Notes: generated from the letters alone by a model not told the origin. DNA of 64,000 nucleotides from Amphiscolops sp. MND2022 (GCA_964187785.1 OZ076409.1:57600001-57664000), one strand, 5' to 3'; shown: positions 49,901 through 64,000, numbered from the stretch's first letter. Translations and numbers: made by a program.

Positions 49901-52900
49901 ACTTTCGTTGGAGATGTCGAACGGCCTTACTTGTTATTCTGCTTAAAAAGACACGGTCGAACTCGAAACGTCGAAATTTCCACTTCTTTAGATTTTTTGA
50001 TTTTTCCCATATGGGAAGAAAAAACAAAAAATGCGTAAACGTCATTCAACAATCCCGCTCGTCAACAGAAGTGCTCTTTTCATGAGAAGAGACATGGAAT
50101 CGCATATTTATAGCATTCAAATGATAAATTCTTCCAGTCATCGGTTTATCCGGAGTTTTGGTTTTGATATTCAATTGGCGGTGGTTAAGCCTGTACTACT
50201 GAGTATTTGAGTTCGAGTTTTCGGTTCTTTAAACTCAAAGGAAAAAGTATTTTTCCAGTTTTATCATATCTTCCATAACTTTTATTTGATCAGGCACAGT
50301 TTCAAATTCTTAACTGTTTGCATAAGTTTTCTTTCATTTTTAGAACGGATCTTAATCGAAGGAAATACCATGTTCGCCATCATTTGCAACCTTGCCTTTT
50401 CTGTAGCGTTAACTGTAATTGAAAATGTAGAGATTGACGCCGAATTGAAATCGTAGAGTGATCAAAAATATTGGCAAAACAAGCTCTCATTTTAAAAGCT
50501 CGTAATGCTTTTGCAGATGCGCTTCAAGCCTCGCAATGTCGGCCTTCGTCAAAAACAGCCGCTGTACTAGTGTTAATAGTAGCATATCATTTCTCTTTTG
50601 CATTTAGGGCACCAGTGGTTTATGACCACAACTCAAAAAATCCTATACACATTTTTAACCGACTTAATTCAGTTCAATTTGAAATTGCAAACAATAAAAA
50701 TGCACGATGAACAACGTTTCAGCAGTTTTGGAAGGGGAATTCTCCATTTTTAGTCGGCGCTTCTGGTCTATACAGTCACTTTTCCAATGCTTTTCCTTGA
50801 ATGCGAAAAAATCGATAGGACCGCTGATGTGAAAATTTTTTCCTGTGGTTTGCGCCGAATTTGAGGTCTTTCCACCATGTTTGATGAACCGATCTGTTTA
50901 GCAGCCTTCGTAATAAATTGTTTTTGTGTGCGTCTTTACACGCAAAATTCAACTCCAACAGCAACTTTTTGCCGGCATCTAAAACTCACGAGCCGCATTA
51001 GCAGCAATGTGTCAATCCTTCATGAAGATAGATCTACAGTAAAATTCTTTTTGTCATAAACAGTGATTTTTGAGAACAACCTGATAATGGCTTTGCGAAC
51101 CCATTGAAATGCCCATTGCGCCAACGGGTCACCATCATATGGCTCACTGATGACATGTTTTTGGAAATTTGCCTTGTGGATAATCCATCCGCTACATGCT
51201 TTAAAATATGTGTCTCAGTTGCAGCGAGTACAATTTTAATTAAGGAAACTGGTGAATAGAAACTATGGGTAACGATCAAAAGAAAACTAATAAAATTCAA
51301 ACATTTGAAGTAATTTAATAATTACATAGGGTTTTTTGTGCAAAAGCACATACGAAGTTGTAATGATAAATGGTTCATGAAGAAGTGTGTTTCTAGAAAA
51401 AGGCTGGAGTGAGATAATCCTCCTGTAATTAAAAATAATCTGGAACATCGTAATTTTGAACAAGAGAGGTTGTATTAATTGGAATAAAATTCCGAGGTCT
51501 TGATTTTGCTACCGTTTTGTTACAATTTCGTGAGTCACTGTATTTTCTTAAACCACTGGACTAAGCATGATCAAGCGTGGCAAGCATGAAATTTACGTGA
51601 TCATGTGATGAAATGTACGGGACATTAATTCCGATAGTTTTCTCAGGTGTTTTCACTAACAACAAAACGAACAATTCTATAATGAAGTTTAGTTGTTACT
51701 TCAATTTTTTCTATTTTCTCAAAAAAAATAAGTTTGTCATTTATTGTTCGAGACAATAATTTTCAAAGCTTAAAACGAGTCCTAAAACAAGATTATTTCG
51801 GTAACTTGTTTTTCCCGAAAATGGTGTATGAAGAAGTGTGTTGCCAGAGAAAGGCGAGAGTGAAATAATCCTCCGGTAAATGAAAATAATACGGATAATG
51901 TAGAAGTAACTTTAGAAATCGTCATTTTGAACAACGTAGGTTGTATTACGAAAAAAATCCAAAGTCTCGATTTTGCTACTTTTGATGCATTTTTCGAAAA
52001 AGCATCAAAAGTTTTGTTTTCAAGTTGTCCAATGCCTTCCTACATGTGTCTTTGACTGAATGTCGAATGTTGGTGAAAAATACTTGCAGAATTCGAACCA
52101 AATTTAAATTCAAATTTCCACAAAAGGAAATTCAAATTATCTTTCTCATGAAGCATTCAAACAAAATTGGCTGGATTTTTAATGAAATATTTCGATGCAG
52201 AATGCGGAATTCAAATTGCGTTCCATGTTGAGTTTGGAAAACTTGAAATTTTGTCAGTAAAAATGCAGTTGCAGGACCTTCAAATTGTTGATACAGCTTA
52301 TCCATAATAAACCACTATGGATTATATAAAATTGTGAAAGGTTCTTGAATTTTCTTGAACCTGATATGGATGGTTGAAAAGCACTCTTGAAAATTTTTGC
52401 ATGATTATACATAATTCCCCAATGAGTAGAATAATCATAAGAAAAAGTTCAATTCTTTGGCACTGTACTTCACTTCAAAGGTTGAAAGATGATTCTAAGA
52501 TACTCGAACACAATTGACCAACATTTCAACGTAATGAAACTCAATAGTTTTCAATTAATTTCCAGGGATGGTTATTGGATGGTCCATGGATGATCCGCGG
52601 ATGGTCAGTGGTGGTACACAGATGAATTCAGAGTAGGCCTTGTAAGTTTTGGGCGTTTTCGAGAGTTTTTGGTTCAATTTTTGGTTCAAATTTCACAAAT
52701 TTTCATTTTTGATTGCCATCAGTCCTTCACAGGCCTTGCATAAAGTTTACGAGGACTCCCAATATAGGTACAAAATTTAACAAAATCATGAAGTTACCAG
52801 CAGTTAAGCGACGGGCTAAATTTGCGACTGATTTGGATTAGCCTCGTTAGTGATTTTGTCCTCAAATGATGACAACGATTTTTTTCACAATCAATAAAAT

Positions 52901-55658
52901 TTACGAAAAGCAAAAAGCATATAGGAAAACGAAAGTTTGTCTTTTTTTATCAACAATCTATTGGACTGTTTGGGACAAGTTGATATTTGTGTCAATATAG
53001 TTTGTTTTTTGAACCACCGGCAAAAAAGTAACAGGAAAAAAGTGAAAATTTGTTTTAAAAAATACTTTTCAGAAAATTACTTTTTCTCAATAACAGCAAC
53101 TGTTTGCTAAGTTACTGTCACACTCTAGTAACACGGTTTGCCACCAATGAAAAAGCATATAGAAGTTTTTTTCGATGAAGCTTCAGCTAAGAGTTCGACC
53201 GGCATTTGAAAGGCCCGGCAAAAACCGATTTGAGCTGTGGCTACTATTGGTAGAGAAATTAAGCATCTAAAAATGTTGCCAGTTTTTTGTCAATTTTTTG
53301 CCTTCTCGGTGTGCTGACGAGGTTAGGTTTCTCCAATCACATTAAAAAGTTGTGACAATAAGGTATATGCATTCCATTAACGAAGATTTACTCAAGACTT
53401 TGGTATCTGGCATAAACAGTGGTACTTGAGTTTCAAGGCTATTCCCATACTACTGAAAATCTTGAAATAACCTGTAAAAAAGAATGCCTCCTAATTATAA
53501 TGATCACATGTAGTAGAAATTAATTGCATTCTTTTCCCCGGGAGAAATAAACACAAAGTAGCAATGCAATTTTCATTTTGGGTCTCGGTGAAGTAATTAA
53601 ATGAGAATCAGAAACTAATTCACAGCCTCAAATTTCCTATCAAGGACGCTTATCTTTCTGCTGTCATAAAATTGTTGAAGGCAATTGAAAAGTAATTCCA
53701 TCATCCGTAACTTATGAGTTTCTCGGAAGTTCTTTGTCCCAGTGAAGTACTCAAACTCAGGAGTGTCAGTCTGGAATATAGCAGTGCTGCTGATTTTCGA
53801 TGTAGATTAGTATCACATATCTAACTTATAGATATCTATATATCCTATGGAAAAATTCATATCTTGTTGTCTGTCAGATTCCTTAGTTGAAACTCGACAA
53901 CAAATACAACACAGTGTTCTCTGGAATTAAGCAATTTTAGTTCCCTATGTTGCTAAGGCAAACTTTAACAAACCTTCTACAAAATGTTTTTAACAGTTAC
54001 TTGTAGCAGTATCATTTTTGGTATTTCAAAAAGTTCTGCCAAGATTTTTGAAAAATGATGACCGTTTCCATGTCAAGGGATTGTTGGGAACTTAAGTCGG
54101 TATCCACATGCTACCAGCAAGGGGCCTTGCGTTCGAACCTTGCTTTCGCAATCTTTCCTTTCCTGTTGTCAAATAAACTATTCTTGAGAGTGCTCTGTCT
54201 GACAGACAAAACGTTATTTCGAACATGGCGTATAGTTTTTTGAATTCTCTAAATATTTCCAGTTTATGCTCAACGCATTTTCTAATACAACAGATTTCTA
54301 ATGCGGATATAACTTATATTAATTGCATATTGTATTTTTTGCATTATTTCCGGCTTTTTGGTTTTGATGTATTATCATTACAGAGAATACCTACTCAAAC
54401 TGGCCCATTATAACTAATCTGTTATGGAATCGCATGAAATCATATGGTGCCATGGGCGAAACCCTTCGGAAAAGCACATAGACTACGTAAAATCTCAAAT
54501 TCAGCCTCACAAAAATGGAACACAAAAGAATGGAAAGTAATAAAAAAATAAAACTTTCGTTGATATAAACGGCCTTACTTGTTATTCTGCTTAAAAAGAC
54601 ACGGTCGAACTTGAAACGTCGAAATTTTCTCAAGATTTTTTATTTTTTCTTCCCATATAGGAAGAAAAAACAAAAAATGCGTAAAAGTCATTCAACAATC
54701 CCGCTCGTCAACAGAAGTGCTCTTCTCATGAAAAGAGCACTTCTGTTGACGAGCGGGATTGTTGAATGTCTTTTACGCATTCAAATGATGAATTCTTCCA
54801 GTCATCGGTTTATCCGGAGTTTTGGTTTTGATATTCAATTGGCGGTTAAGCCTGTACTACTGAGTATTCGAGTTCCAGAGTTTTCGGTTCTTTAAACTCA
54901 AAGGAAAAAGCATTTTCCCAGCTTTATCATATCTTCCATTACTTTTATTTGATCAGGCGCAGTTTCAAATTCTTAACTGTTCGCATAAGTTTTCTTTCAT
55001 TTTTAGAACGGATCTTAATCGAAGGAAATACCGTGTTCGCCAAGGCTTCGATCATTTGCAACCTTGCCTTTTCTGTAGCGTTAACTGTAATTGAAAATGT
55101 AGAGATTGACGCCGAATTGAAATTGTAGAGTGATCAAAAATTTTGGCAAAACAAGCGCTCATTTTAAAAGCTCGTAATGCTTTTGCAGATGCGCTTCACA
55201 TCTCTCAATGTCGGCCTTCGTCAAAAACAGCCGCTGTACTAGTGTTAATAGTAGCATATCATTTCTCTTTTGCATTTAGGACACCAGTGGTTTATGACCA
55301 CAACTCAAAAAATCCTATACACATTTTTAACCGACCTAATTCAGTTCAATTTCAAATTGCAAACTATCAAAATGCACGATGAACAAAGTTTCAGCAGTTT
55401 TCGAAGGGGAATTCTCCATTTTTAGTCGGCGCTTCTGGTCTATACAGTCACTTTTCCAATGCTTTTCCTTGAATGCGAAAAAATCGATAGGACCGCTGAT
55501 GTGAAAATTTTTTCCAGTGGTTTGCACCGAATTTGAGGTCTTTCCACCATGTTTGATGAACCGATCTGTTTAGCAGCCTTCGTAACAAATTGTTTTTGTG
55601 TGCGTCTTTACACGCAAAATTCAACTCCAACAGCAACTTTTTACCGGCATCTAAAACT
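46367..55658. repeat. Tandem segmental duplication, units ~46367-50984 and ~50985-55658
   Basis: Colinear, high-identity copies with small indels; junction AAAACT|CACG near 50985. Confidence 0.93.
54676..54781. repeat. 106-bp palindrome (right arm missing in the duplicate at ~50030-50091)
   Basis: AATGCGTAAAAGTCATTCAACAATCCCGCTCG...CGAGCGGGATTGTTGAATGTCTTTTACGCATT. Confidence 0.9.
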
Positions 55659-56280
55659 TCCCTGAAACACAATTCGATCAGATTTCTCTTGAACAAACTA
55701 CACTTTCATGATGCAATGAAACAAAATACGAGAAGGTTTTGTTTACGCATTCGATATATATATGACTATAAATTTCAGTTGGTTGAAAATACTGTAGAAA
55801 TACGAGTAAAAAACTCCACAGAAAGCTAAGTACAGTACAATCTAGTATTGCCGAAAAAAGCATACTTTCGCACATCGTACTGAAATACGTTCCAAACATT
55901 GTTTTTAATTAGTGAGACTAACACAGACGCCGCTTTGTGGCAATGAAAAAACTTTTGTGAATACGCAATGTGAAAATCTTTGATAGCTAACTCATCGGTG
56001 TCTTTTTGACAACAATTCGAGTTATCCAGAATCTTGCATTTAAAACATTGAATGAGGTAAAACTGAGCAAAGGTGTTGAGCACTTCGTCTTTCCAAAAAT
56101 TAAAAACAGAATTTGCTGGATAAGACACAAATTACAGACAAGAGCGACTTAATTTTCAGCAGAAAGATGTAGGAAGCCTTTTTTCAAAGAATGCCATTTT
56201 AAAAGCTTGGGGACATCAATTGAAACTCTAACAAGTTATTTCAAGTAGCCAATGGAAATAGTATGCCAATGGAAATGGCA

Positions 56281-56390
56281 ATGGCGTAGTGGTTAGAGCA
56301 TTCGGTCTGTACTGGCGGTAGCAGGTTGTTCGAATCTCTCTCAACTCATCATTGTTGGTCCCTAAGCAAGTCCTTTATCCCTAGCTTGGT
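56281..56390 (+). mobile_element. tRNA-derived SINE-like fragment
   Basis: A-box TGGCGTAGTGG and B-box-like GTTCGAATC; no acceptor stem. Confidence 0.45.
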
Positions 56391-57578
56391 GGTATGGTCA
56401 CTGACAAAAACAACGGATTTGGCTAAGAAAAGCATAAACAATAAAATATCAGACCTTTGTGACCTTGAGTAAGTCACTTTGGAACCACAGCTTCAAGTCC
56501 ACCATTGCTTGACCACTTGGCTGCAAGTATGGTACCATAGCTTGCTATGGGGAGATAGTATCCGAAAGGGTACCGACTTAGAAAAGCAGAACTGCTTATT
56601 CGGCTTCCACCCCGCGGTAATGGGGAAATTAACTACTCCTCTTTTTGCAAGCAACCAATCCCTGAGCTTCCAAAGTGATGCATTGATCAAACTATTGTGC
56701 AGGGACTTTATCTTTTTTGTCCAAAGAATCAGATAATAACTTAAGTTTCACTGCGCCTTGCGTTAACTGGCGAAATATGTCGAATTATTTTCTCTCCAGT
56801 TTTAGCATTTAGATTTTTTCCGAATCGTTTTTTTCTTTCGGGAAACAGCATTTTACCTGTGGGTTTATAATTTCTCGGTAGTTTCTCCCAAAACTTTGAA
56901 GTGTGGGAAGGTCAAGAAGAGAAACGAAAACATTTTATTACATAAATAGTGAATTGTCTATACATTTACAACTACGACAACTAACAATCAACATTTAAGA
57001 CATTGGATGAATTTCACATAAAGTACATCAAGCGTGGTCAGAATAGTCGCGTAAATTATGTTTTGGGACTTTTTCCCCACCATCATTTCTCTCCTAAAAG
57101 AAAAAATTCTAACACAAATCAAAAACAGAAACTAAAACATCAAAATCAGTCAATCTCGAATCATGAGTTCCGCAATCACAACGCTGGCATTAGCAAATTC
57201 ATTGCGTATATACCTGCACATTTATAGGGAGTAGATTATGTTGCGAACCAAAGAGAAGTTTTTTATTACTCAGCCCCAGTAATTCAATCCCGCGCAGAAT
57301 TCTTCAATTCGCGTAAGTGTTTCGACAGTGAAAGATAACAAAGAAGTCAAAGTCAACTGTGTTTTTGAATGATCTTAGTTGAGCGGTCAATCAATTGGTT
57401 CAGTTCAGTCACTCAGAGGGGCTGTCAAAGCGTAGTTTGAAACATCTTTGTTGGAAAACGGCGATTCCATACATGGGCCATACATGATCATGCATGGCAA
57501 GCATGGGATTTACATGATCATGCATAGAAATGCATGAAACGTCAACACGGGCAATGAGAAAAGATGGGAAGAGAAGTT

Positions 57579-59118
57579 CTAAATCTTGTTATATACGAGT
57601 GACTGTAGTTTGACTTTGCGTCTTCGGCAGCATATCTTGTGGAAAGCCTGGCGGAACTCCTTGTTGAAAATGGTGTATATGATGGGGTTGCAGGAGGAAT
57701 TGAGGTATCCGAGCCATGTGAACAACTTGAACATCCACCCTGGATTCGGCAGTTCCAGGTATTGCAGCAGGGGCCCACTCAGGTACAGCACAAAGAACGG
57801 CAACCACATGGCGATGAACGAGCCTATGAACCAATGGTACATCGAGGTTGTTGTTTTTGATACTACTACATGCAGTTCCTTATTCTATAATATTTTTGAT
57901 TTGAGAATTGTAACTTTAAATAGACATGTTTTTAAAAAAACGCACAAAAAACGAAACGCAACTGCAAGTTTTACAAGTTTTCCAAACGTTATATACAACC
58001 ATGTTTGATTCATCTTTCATAAAGTATGTTGAGAGACACAAACCTAGAATAATTCCTAGGGTCTTGGCTGCTTTCTGTTCCTTCCTGAAACTGATAAGAG
58101 ACTTGGCTCCAATTTTCTTCCTGCTATTGACCATAGAGGCCAAGCTGTCACTTTGCGAACATCTCTTGGACGCAATTTCGATTTTGGTGCTTCCCATGTC
58201 GACATTCGTCTCGGCCATAGCGCAAGATGTTTTGCTTTCTTTCGCACTCCCGTTGTTGATGTTGTTGTTGACGACTATTTCGTCACTCTCCTCGGCGACG
58301 TCGGCTAGTCGATTGACAGTGGTTGTGGCGGGGTTCAAGTTTTGAGGGATCTTTTTGACACCTCTGGCATTGTTGCTGTTACATTTCAGGAATGTTTGAA
58401 AATATTTGGTAAAGACCTCAAAAAATTGAAAGTTGTTACTGCTCGTTCCAAGTGTATTGAAACATTCCAGAATTGTGTCATAGAGTTTATAACGGTTTCA
58501 AGTTTTAGGAATGTTGGATTATTTCTTTCAATTTTTGAAGTTCTTGAAAAAATGATCAGGCCAAAAGACATTCCTCTCTAAGATAAGAGACAGCTAACTA
58601 CTAATCAAAGTCAGCGAGATGTTACTGATGGGAGAATGTTCACAATTCGTTAGAAAAAGTTCGAAACTCTCTGCAATCATTTTGGCTCTTCTAAAATTCA
58701 AAGACTTCTTGACACCGAGACTATGCGCTTCCTTATAGAATTTGTGAAACTATGGATGCATTTGATAAACTAGGCCATTAGATATTTCGGTATTTTTCAA
58801 GCTATCAGCAGCCATGTTAGTTTTTTTCAATTAGTTTAGATCTTCAGGTACATTATTTTAAAACTTTTTTGTTTCATTTGAATTGCCGCGTTTTTCAACA
58901 TTCCTGGTGGATGGTCCGTGGAGGGAGGAGTGAAGGGCGACTGAGCCCAGGGCGAGATGTTGCAGGGTGCGATTGGATCGGAGTGTGCGGGCTTTGCTCT
59001 TCTGGGAGGCGACGTGATATATGCGGATGTAGAGCACGACCATGATTAGCAGGGGTGCGTAGAAGGACCCCGTCGCAGAGTACATTATGTACGCCACGTT
59101 GCTGATCAGGTCACAGTC
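57579..59118 (-). CDS. 3' exons (TM5-TM7) of a class A biogenic-amine GPCR; 5' exons not identified in the window
   Basis: Exon from 59118 encodes TM5 YIMYSATGSFYAPLLIMVVLYIRIY. The ICL3/TM6 exon ends at 58044 (KEQKAAKTLGIILG). Intron 58043-57824 is GT-AG. Last exon 57823-57579 has WLPFF, WLGYLNS and NPIIY. The ICL3 splice sites are uncertain. Confidence 0.9.
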
Positions 59119-60344
59119 CTGAAGCGAGGTCAAAAGGTGAGCAGTTATCGCATCTCTTATTGCGAAAACACCCATCACCGATAGTGAAAGTAAACGGTAA
59201 CATAATTACTATAAATAGATGTGCTTCATATTCAAGTGTCATATAAGTATTTTTGAGCTTCAAGATTTTTCAGTATTGCTTTTGGTTTGGATTAAGGTTT
59301 CCACAGTACACAAAATGGAAACACTTTGAGACAATTTTCGACAATTTTGCTACCAAACAATTCTGGACGAGACATTTGAGTCAAAAAAAAACTAGTTTTT
59401 CACATACAAGTACTTTCAGTCAAAGAAACGTGAACACGTAAAGCCAAAACATTTAACAATTGTTAATTCAGACTGATTGCTTCCCAATTTTCAATGTGTG
59501 TTAGTAATGGCATGTTATGTCAATTTTCAGAAACTATAATTTTCCGCAGTATTTCCATATGGGAAAAGAAAATAACTAACTAGACATATTTTTTTCTCAT
59601 TTTGTCATGTTCCAATTTACTACCCGAACTAAAGTTTCTTCCACAGAATTCAATTGCCATAAAAATATGTTCGTAGCATATGCAGGTGTAGAGATATTTG
59701 AACATTTAAGGAAAAGTGCCAGTAAAAAGTTCAAGATGACACTAGAAAGCCAAAAATTCCAGAAAAAATGTTACATCTGAAAATTTAGATAGTTTTCTAA
59801 GATTTTCGAAGGTTTCTTGTTTCACGTTGCTTAACGTCGAAACAATAAGTAACCTACGCTTTTTGAGAATTGCAGTGTTTTAAACATGGACGAAACAGTA
59901 CGATATTGAGGCTGCCTTTTAGAAGAAAAATTGAAGTTTAGTTTCAAAAATGCTCCCCAAAATCTATTATTTTCCCATTTTCAACAATTTTAAGCAATTA
60001 TTGTACAGTATAATCCTTCAGTGTTTTTGCGGGTAAAACATCCAAAGAGTTCGCAAACAAGTAATAATTTCTTTTAAACATGAATTTTCTAGGAGAAATC
60101 CAAAGTTTGTAAACTACAAAAAGCCTCCTACCCAAAAAGCAATATATATATATATAAAATATTTTCAATTTTCAAAACTTTACGTTTTTTGTACAATTTT
60201 GGCTTTTTTGGTGGGTGAAGCCGTACATAGAATTCAAAGACAAAACAACTACCCACTTAGCATACGTTCAATTTGAGAATACGTTGTTTAATAAACAAGA
60301 CGCCCGCTAAACACCGGGACATTTTCCGCCATAAAAAAGTAACG

Positions 60345-60417
60345 CTTGAGCCCGGGTTCGAATCTGTGACCTCGTGACTGGCAGGCAGACGCACTACCAA
60401 CTGTGCCACGGTGACTA
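60345..60417 (-). mobile_element. tRNA-derived SINE head or pseudo-tRNA
   Basis: A-box TGGCACAGTTGG, anticodon-like CTGCCA and B-box GATTCGAACCC; acceptor stem does not pair. Confidence 0.55.
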
Positions 60418-62555
60418 GTTTATCGTTTTACTTAATGGAGTATATAAAAGTGGAGATTTGGTTGAATTTGTAAAAAACGCAACACAGATCATGATTTTCC
60501 TCCACCATTTATGTGGGCGGAAAATTAATTAAAAAATGCAAATAAGGTTTCATATTGGACACATTCACAATTTTTGCAATAAAAAATTTTCCGTAGATAT
60601 AAATCTCCAGCTTTACGATGAAACGACTAGTTGCGCAATAATTTTTAACAAGACGGGAACGTCTGAAGTCGGCGCTAGAACTTGGGCTCAAAAAGCGCAG
60701 TTCTTAAAATATGCGTTGGACGTTGTTTTTGAAAAACTCCTGTTATCGCCTTCTCCTTACTAAAACGCTATATAGTTCGTATAAAATGTCAAAAGTTCGG
60801 GTATAGCGCTCTACTCCGGATATTTCGAGGGGAACTTCAATAAAATTGAAGGGGGACTCTTTGGAGACAATTACAATTCGAAAAAAAGTTGCACAGTGCC
60901 GAAAAAAGACCACACTATAGTCTCGTCCGGTTTTCCATCTTACGTTAAAACTGAAATAAATGAAAGAGGCACCCTTTGCACTAACTTAGATGCGTTTCCG
61001 CTCGCCGGTCCAGTAGTTTAGTAGTTCTGTAAAAAGTGTCCACTACGTATACATTCTGTTATCTGACAGATAAAAGAAAAACATTCGCCACTGTTTTAGT
61101 CGCGCTCATTTTGTTAAATTGCCACGACTAAAAAAGAGAAAAGTGAAGTTTTAACCTGTGTGACGAACGTGAAGAAATTTTCAAAGCTTTCCAACATTGA
61201 CTTTTTATTCACCTTTTCTGAAATTATATCTTTTATTTTCCTTCTTAGAGAAATTCAATGATTTCAACGACGCTCAAAAGAATTATCCAATTCTCTTTTC
61301 AAGAGCAAAATCTGGATTTTTGGTGAAAGAGTGACTCAAAGTCACCCCGAAAACTTTCCGAGCAATTCCAAAATTTTTCCTTTTACCAATTTAGGCATTG
61401 TTTGGAAATTTTGGTGAAGCAAAAACTCTACAGGATTCACCGACGAAGAAGGAGTAAATCTATCAAGTAAATTTTCCAGATGAGAAATTGGAAAATTTTG
61501 AATCGAGCAGGTCCAAAAATGGGCACACAACCAAATTTTTCTCAAACTTGACCATGAAAGCTTTCTTTTACGATTATTGAACGTTTTTGGGGGACCGAAG
61601 CCTGGCAGAGTTCAACTCCAATACAATAGGTTTTTTGTATTTTGTCTCACAAAAACTTTGAGTTATTTTTCTATGCCCAAAAATGCCCAAAATTTTGTTA
61701 TATTTTGACCAGTTCATGCAACTTTTATAGAATTTTTGCATGTGTTTACTTGCAGGAACTTTCTAAAATTTTGATATTCTGAGGGTACCTTTCTGGAAAA
61801 AAGGCGTCAAAATTTTTATATTTGGATTTGTTTATGCTATTTTGTTGTTTTGACTATCCACGAAGTTCCGAAAGGAAAAGTTTGGCTTTTTTCCGTTGAA
61901 CTTTTCCAGCATATTCGGGGTTTATTTACTACGATCTACCGTCGAATCCTAAGAAAATGTCGTTGCTAAAATATTAATTCGGAGCGGAAAAAATCGAGCT
62001 GTTCCGTGGGCGTCTTGTATGGTAATTGTTTCGTCGTATTGATTAGAATAACAGCGTTCACCAAAACATATCATTCGAATTATTCAATTATTTAATTATT
62101 AAAATTAGATCTTAAGAACAAGTTTCATTTTGACACCAAGACAGAGAAAAATAGTTAATTGCATTCAATCAACTCATCAAGACGCTCATCGAGCAATGGT
62201 ATATTTTCAGTCCTACCGGTAGAACTACTTACTGGGGCTTTACAATACAATTCAAGCTTGTTCCAGGGGGAATTTTTGCTTTTTTTGTCAGAAAATTATC
62301 AAAAACTCTTGGTAATTTTTGCTTTAAGTGTCAAAACAACTTCGTGTTGGGGGGACAAGAAACAATGCGTATATGGGGGTTTTTTGAGGTTGTTTTTTGG
62401 GGTGGTATAAGGTCCGAAACTTTTTCTCTCAAAAATATAACTAAAGGTAGTCAATGATAGTAATAATTGCACAATTATCGATAATTATTAAGACTCAATA
62501 ATAAGACGATTCCTAATAGATTAAAGAAAAAGCGACGTTTCATAGAACGTAATCA

Positions 62556-62675
62556 CCGACGACGAAATTTCCGACGACGAAATTTCCGACGACGAAATTT
62601 CCGACGACGAAATTTCTTGCGACGAAATTTCTGACGACGAAATTTTTGACGACGAAATTTCCGACGACGAAATTT
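62556..62675. repeat. 15-bp tandem repeat (CCGACGACGAAATTT) x8
   Basis: Eight units visible; source of the KFRRR-repeat ORF. Confidence 0.95.
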
Positions 62676-64000
62676 CTGGTAATCAAAGAAAAACACCGAT
62701 TTGTAAATGCGGACAAGGTAATCGATTTTGAATATAGAAACAGAATAGTCGTTTTGAAAGAAGACGGAAAAAGTAAAACATGACCGCAGTGTTATTAGTA
62801 GGCGGTTTTCGAAGAAAAGAACTTCATACGGCACTGGCTTTTTTGAGACCAGGCAATAGAGATTTCAATCAGCAATGCTGCAAGTTAGTACACTCGAAAT
62901 GGGCTAACGGCCACTTGACCCAGTGGGTAACGCAGATTTTCTGTTCGGGTGGCAAGGTCCGAGAGGCAGGGGTACGTGGTTTCAATTCTCGCTGTGAACC
63001 AAAATCTTTAATGCTGGCATACGTTGAGGGAAGACTAAAGGCTCCCCCTTTCGGCTTTTTCGGCACTATACGACTTTTTATCTAATGTGTTTTTACGGAA
63101 CTACCCTCTCTCGAGTTTTAGAGTTTTAGCAGAAACAAAAGCGTTCGGCGAGCATAAAAAGACCAATTTCAATTTTTCGGCATTACGCGACTTACCGAAG
63201 AAAAAAACTGATAAAAAACAATTTTCAAGTTTTATGTGAAAACACCGTTTTCTGAGTCTCAGGGGTGACCTCTTTGATTTTTTCTTGTCGATCGAATGTG
63301 CGTTTTTCAATGATTGTGGAAATGATCTACGTTTTTTGACAATAAGTGACTTTTCTTCGAAACTACTTTTCTTTGGTCAAAGGCAGTATGAGACTTTTTT
63401 GGAAGCAAGAATAATTTATAAAAAATTAATAATTTTGAAAAAAAATCAGTCTTTTGATGTTTGCAGTTGGGGAAGAAAAGCGGTTTTTGAGTCTTATGGG
63501 TGTCCCTCCGGGTGTTTTTCCGGCACTGTAAATTTGATAACATTCTCGCAATAACACTCTTTGCATATTTAACTCGATTTTTGTGAACCTTGAGTGGCGC
63601 GCCGGCTTGGGCACTTCCTGGCTTCTTCTTAAAAAACAATAGTAGTTTTTTGAAGAAAAACAAGCTTTTCTTAACTCCTCTGAAGCATTTTGAAGTATAA
63701 TTAGCTTACCACATTTGAGACGAAAAACCAAAAACATTGTATCATGAGTAAAATGTCCGATATAGCAAATTTCTCAATGCGGCATTTTTTTAAATTTTGA
63801 ATTTGTAGTTTTGTAATGAAAAGGCTCTTACTTATTCTAATAATTATTCTAATAAACTTTTTGATTATTGCGCGTACTTGTGTAAAAAGCCATATTGTCG
63901 CATTACAAAAATCAACTGTTACTCAGTTTCCAAAATCAGCGGTTTTGTCCGCTGCCAAAAAAAACAGCTTCGGTTTTAAATATTGCTCTTTTTTCATCAA

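Noticed and set aside
47407..55696. Pairs of short, near-identical ORFs
   Set aside because: Chance ORFs copied by the tandem duplication; no domains or splice structure.
60345..60417. Functional tRNA-Gly gene
   Set aside because: Acceptor stem does not pair and it is embedded in a dispersed repeat. The tRNA-like stretch near 62905-62995 was rejected for the same lack of a proper cloverleaf.
62553..62834. Protamine-like KFRRR-repeat protein, or a CRISPR-like array
   Set aside because: Translation of a spacer-less 15-bp tandem repeat in a eukaryotic context.

Overview
Repeat-dominated animal genomic DNA (spliceosomal introns, aminergic GPCR); the species cannot be called from the sequence. 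Main feature: a young, complete 16.6-kb Ty3/Gypsy LTR retrotransposon on the minus strand (4438-21015; 2487-bp LTRs with ~11 differences; CTAAT target duplication). Its gag starts inside the 5' LTR and reads through the PBS, it has an A-AAA-AAC -1 frameshift signal, and there is no polypurine tract at the 3' LTR. Between pol and the 3' LTR lies a 5.6-kb accessory cassette. The cassette holds an antisense gene with 8 coding exons and 7 GT-AG introns (1104 aa by my splice model; zinc finger plus a degenerate hAT-transposase-like body). It also holds a divergent sense ORF (acidic, disordered, SIM-like motifs) and a repeated TGACGTCA-type motif array between the two genes. An older, internally deleted element (26574-32340, GTACC TSD) keeps a decayed homolog of the antisense gene and also has gag in its LTR. 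A solo LTR (1148-2737, AGTGC TSD) shows gag-in-LTR too, so this looks like a lineage-wide architecture. Also present: a BEL/Pao element (37450-45670) with a multi-step templated rearrangement, three adjacent long palindromes, hAT and Tc1 remnants, several MITEs, a ~4.65-kb tandem duplication, tRNA-like SINE heads, and the last exons (TM5-TM7) of a biogenic-amine GPCR on the minus strand. All alignments, counts and splice models were done by eye.
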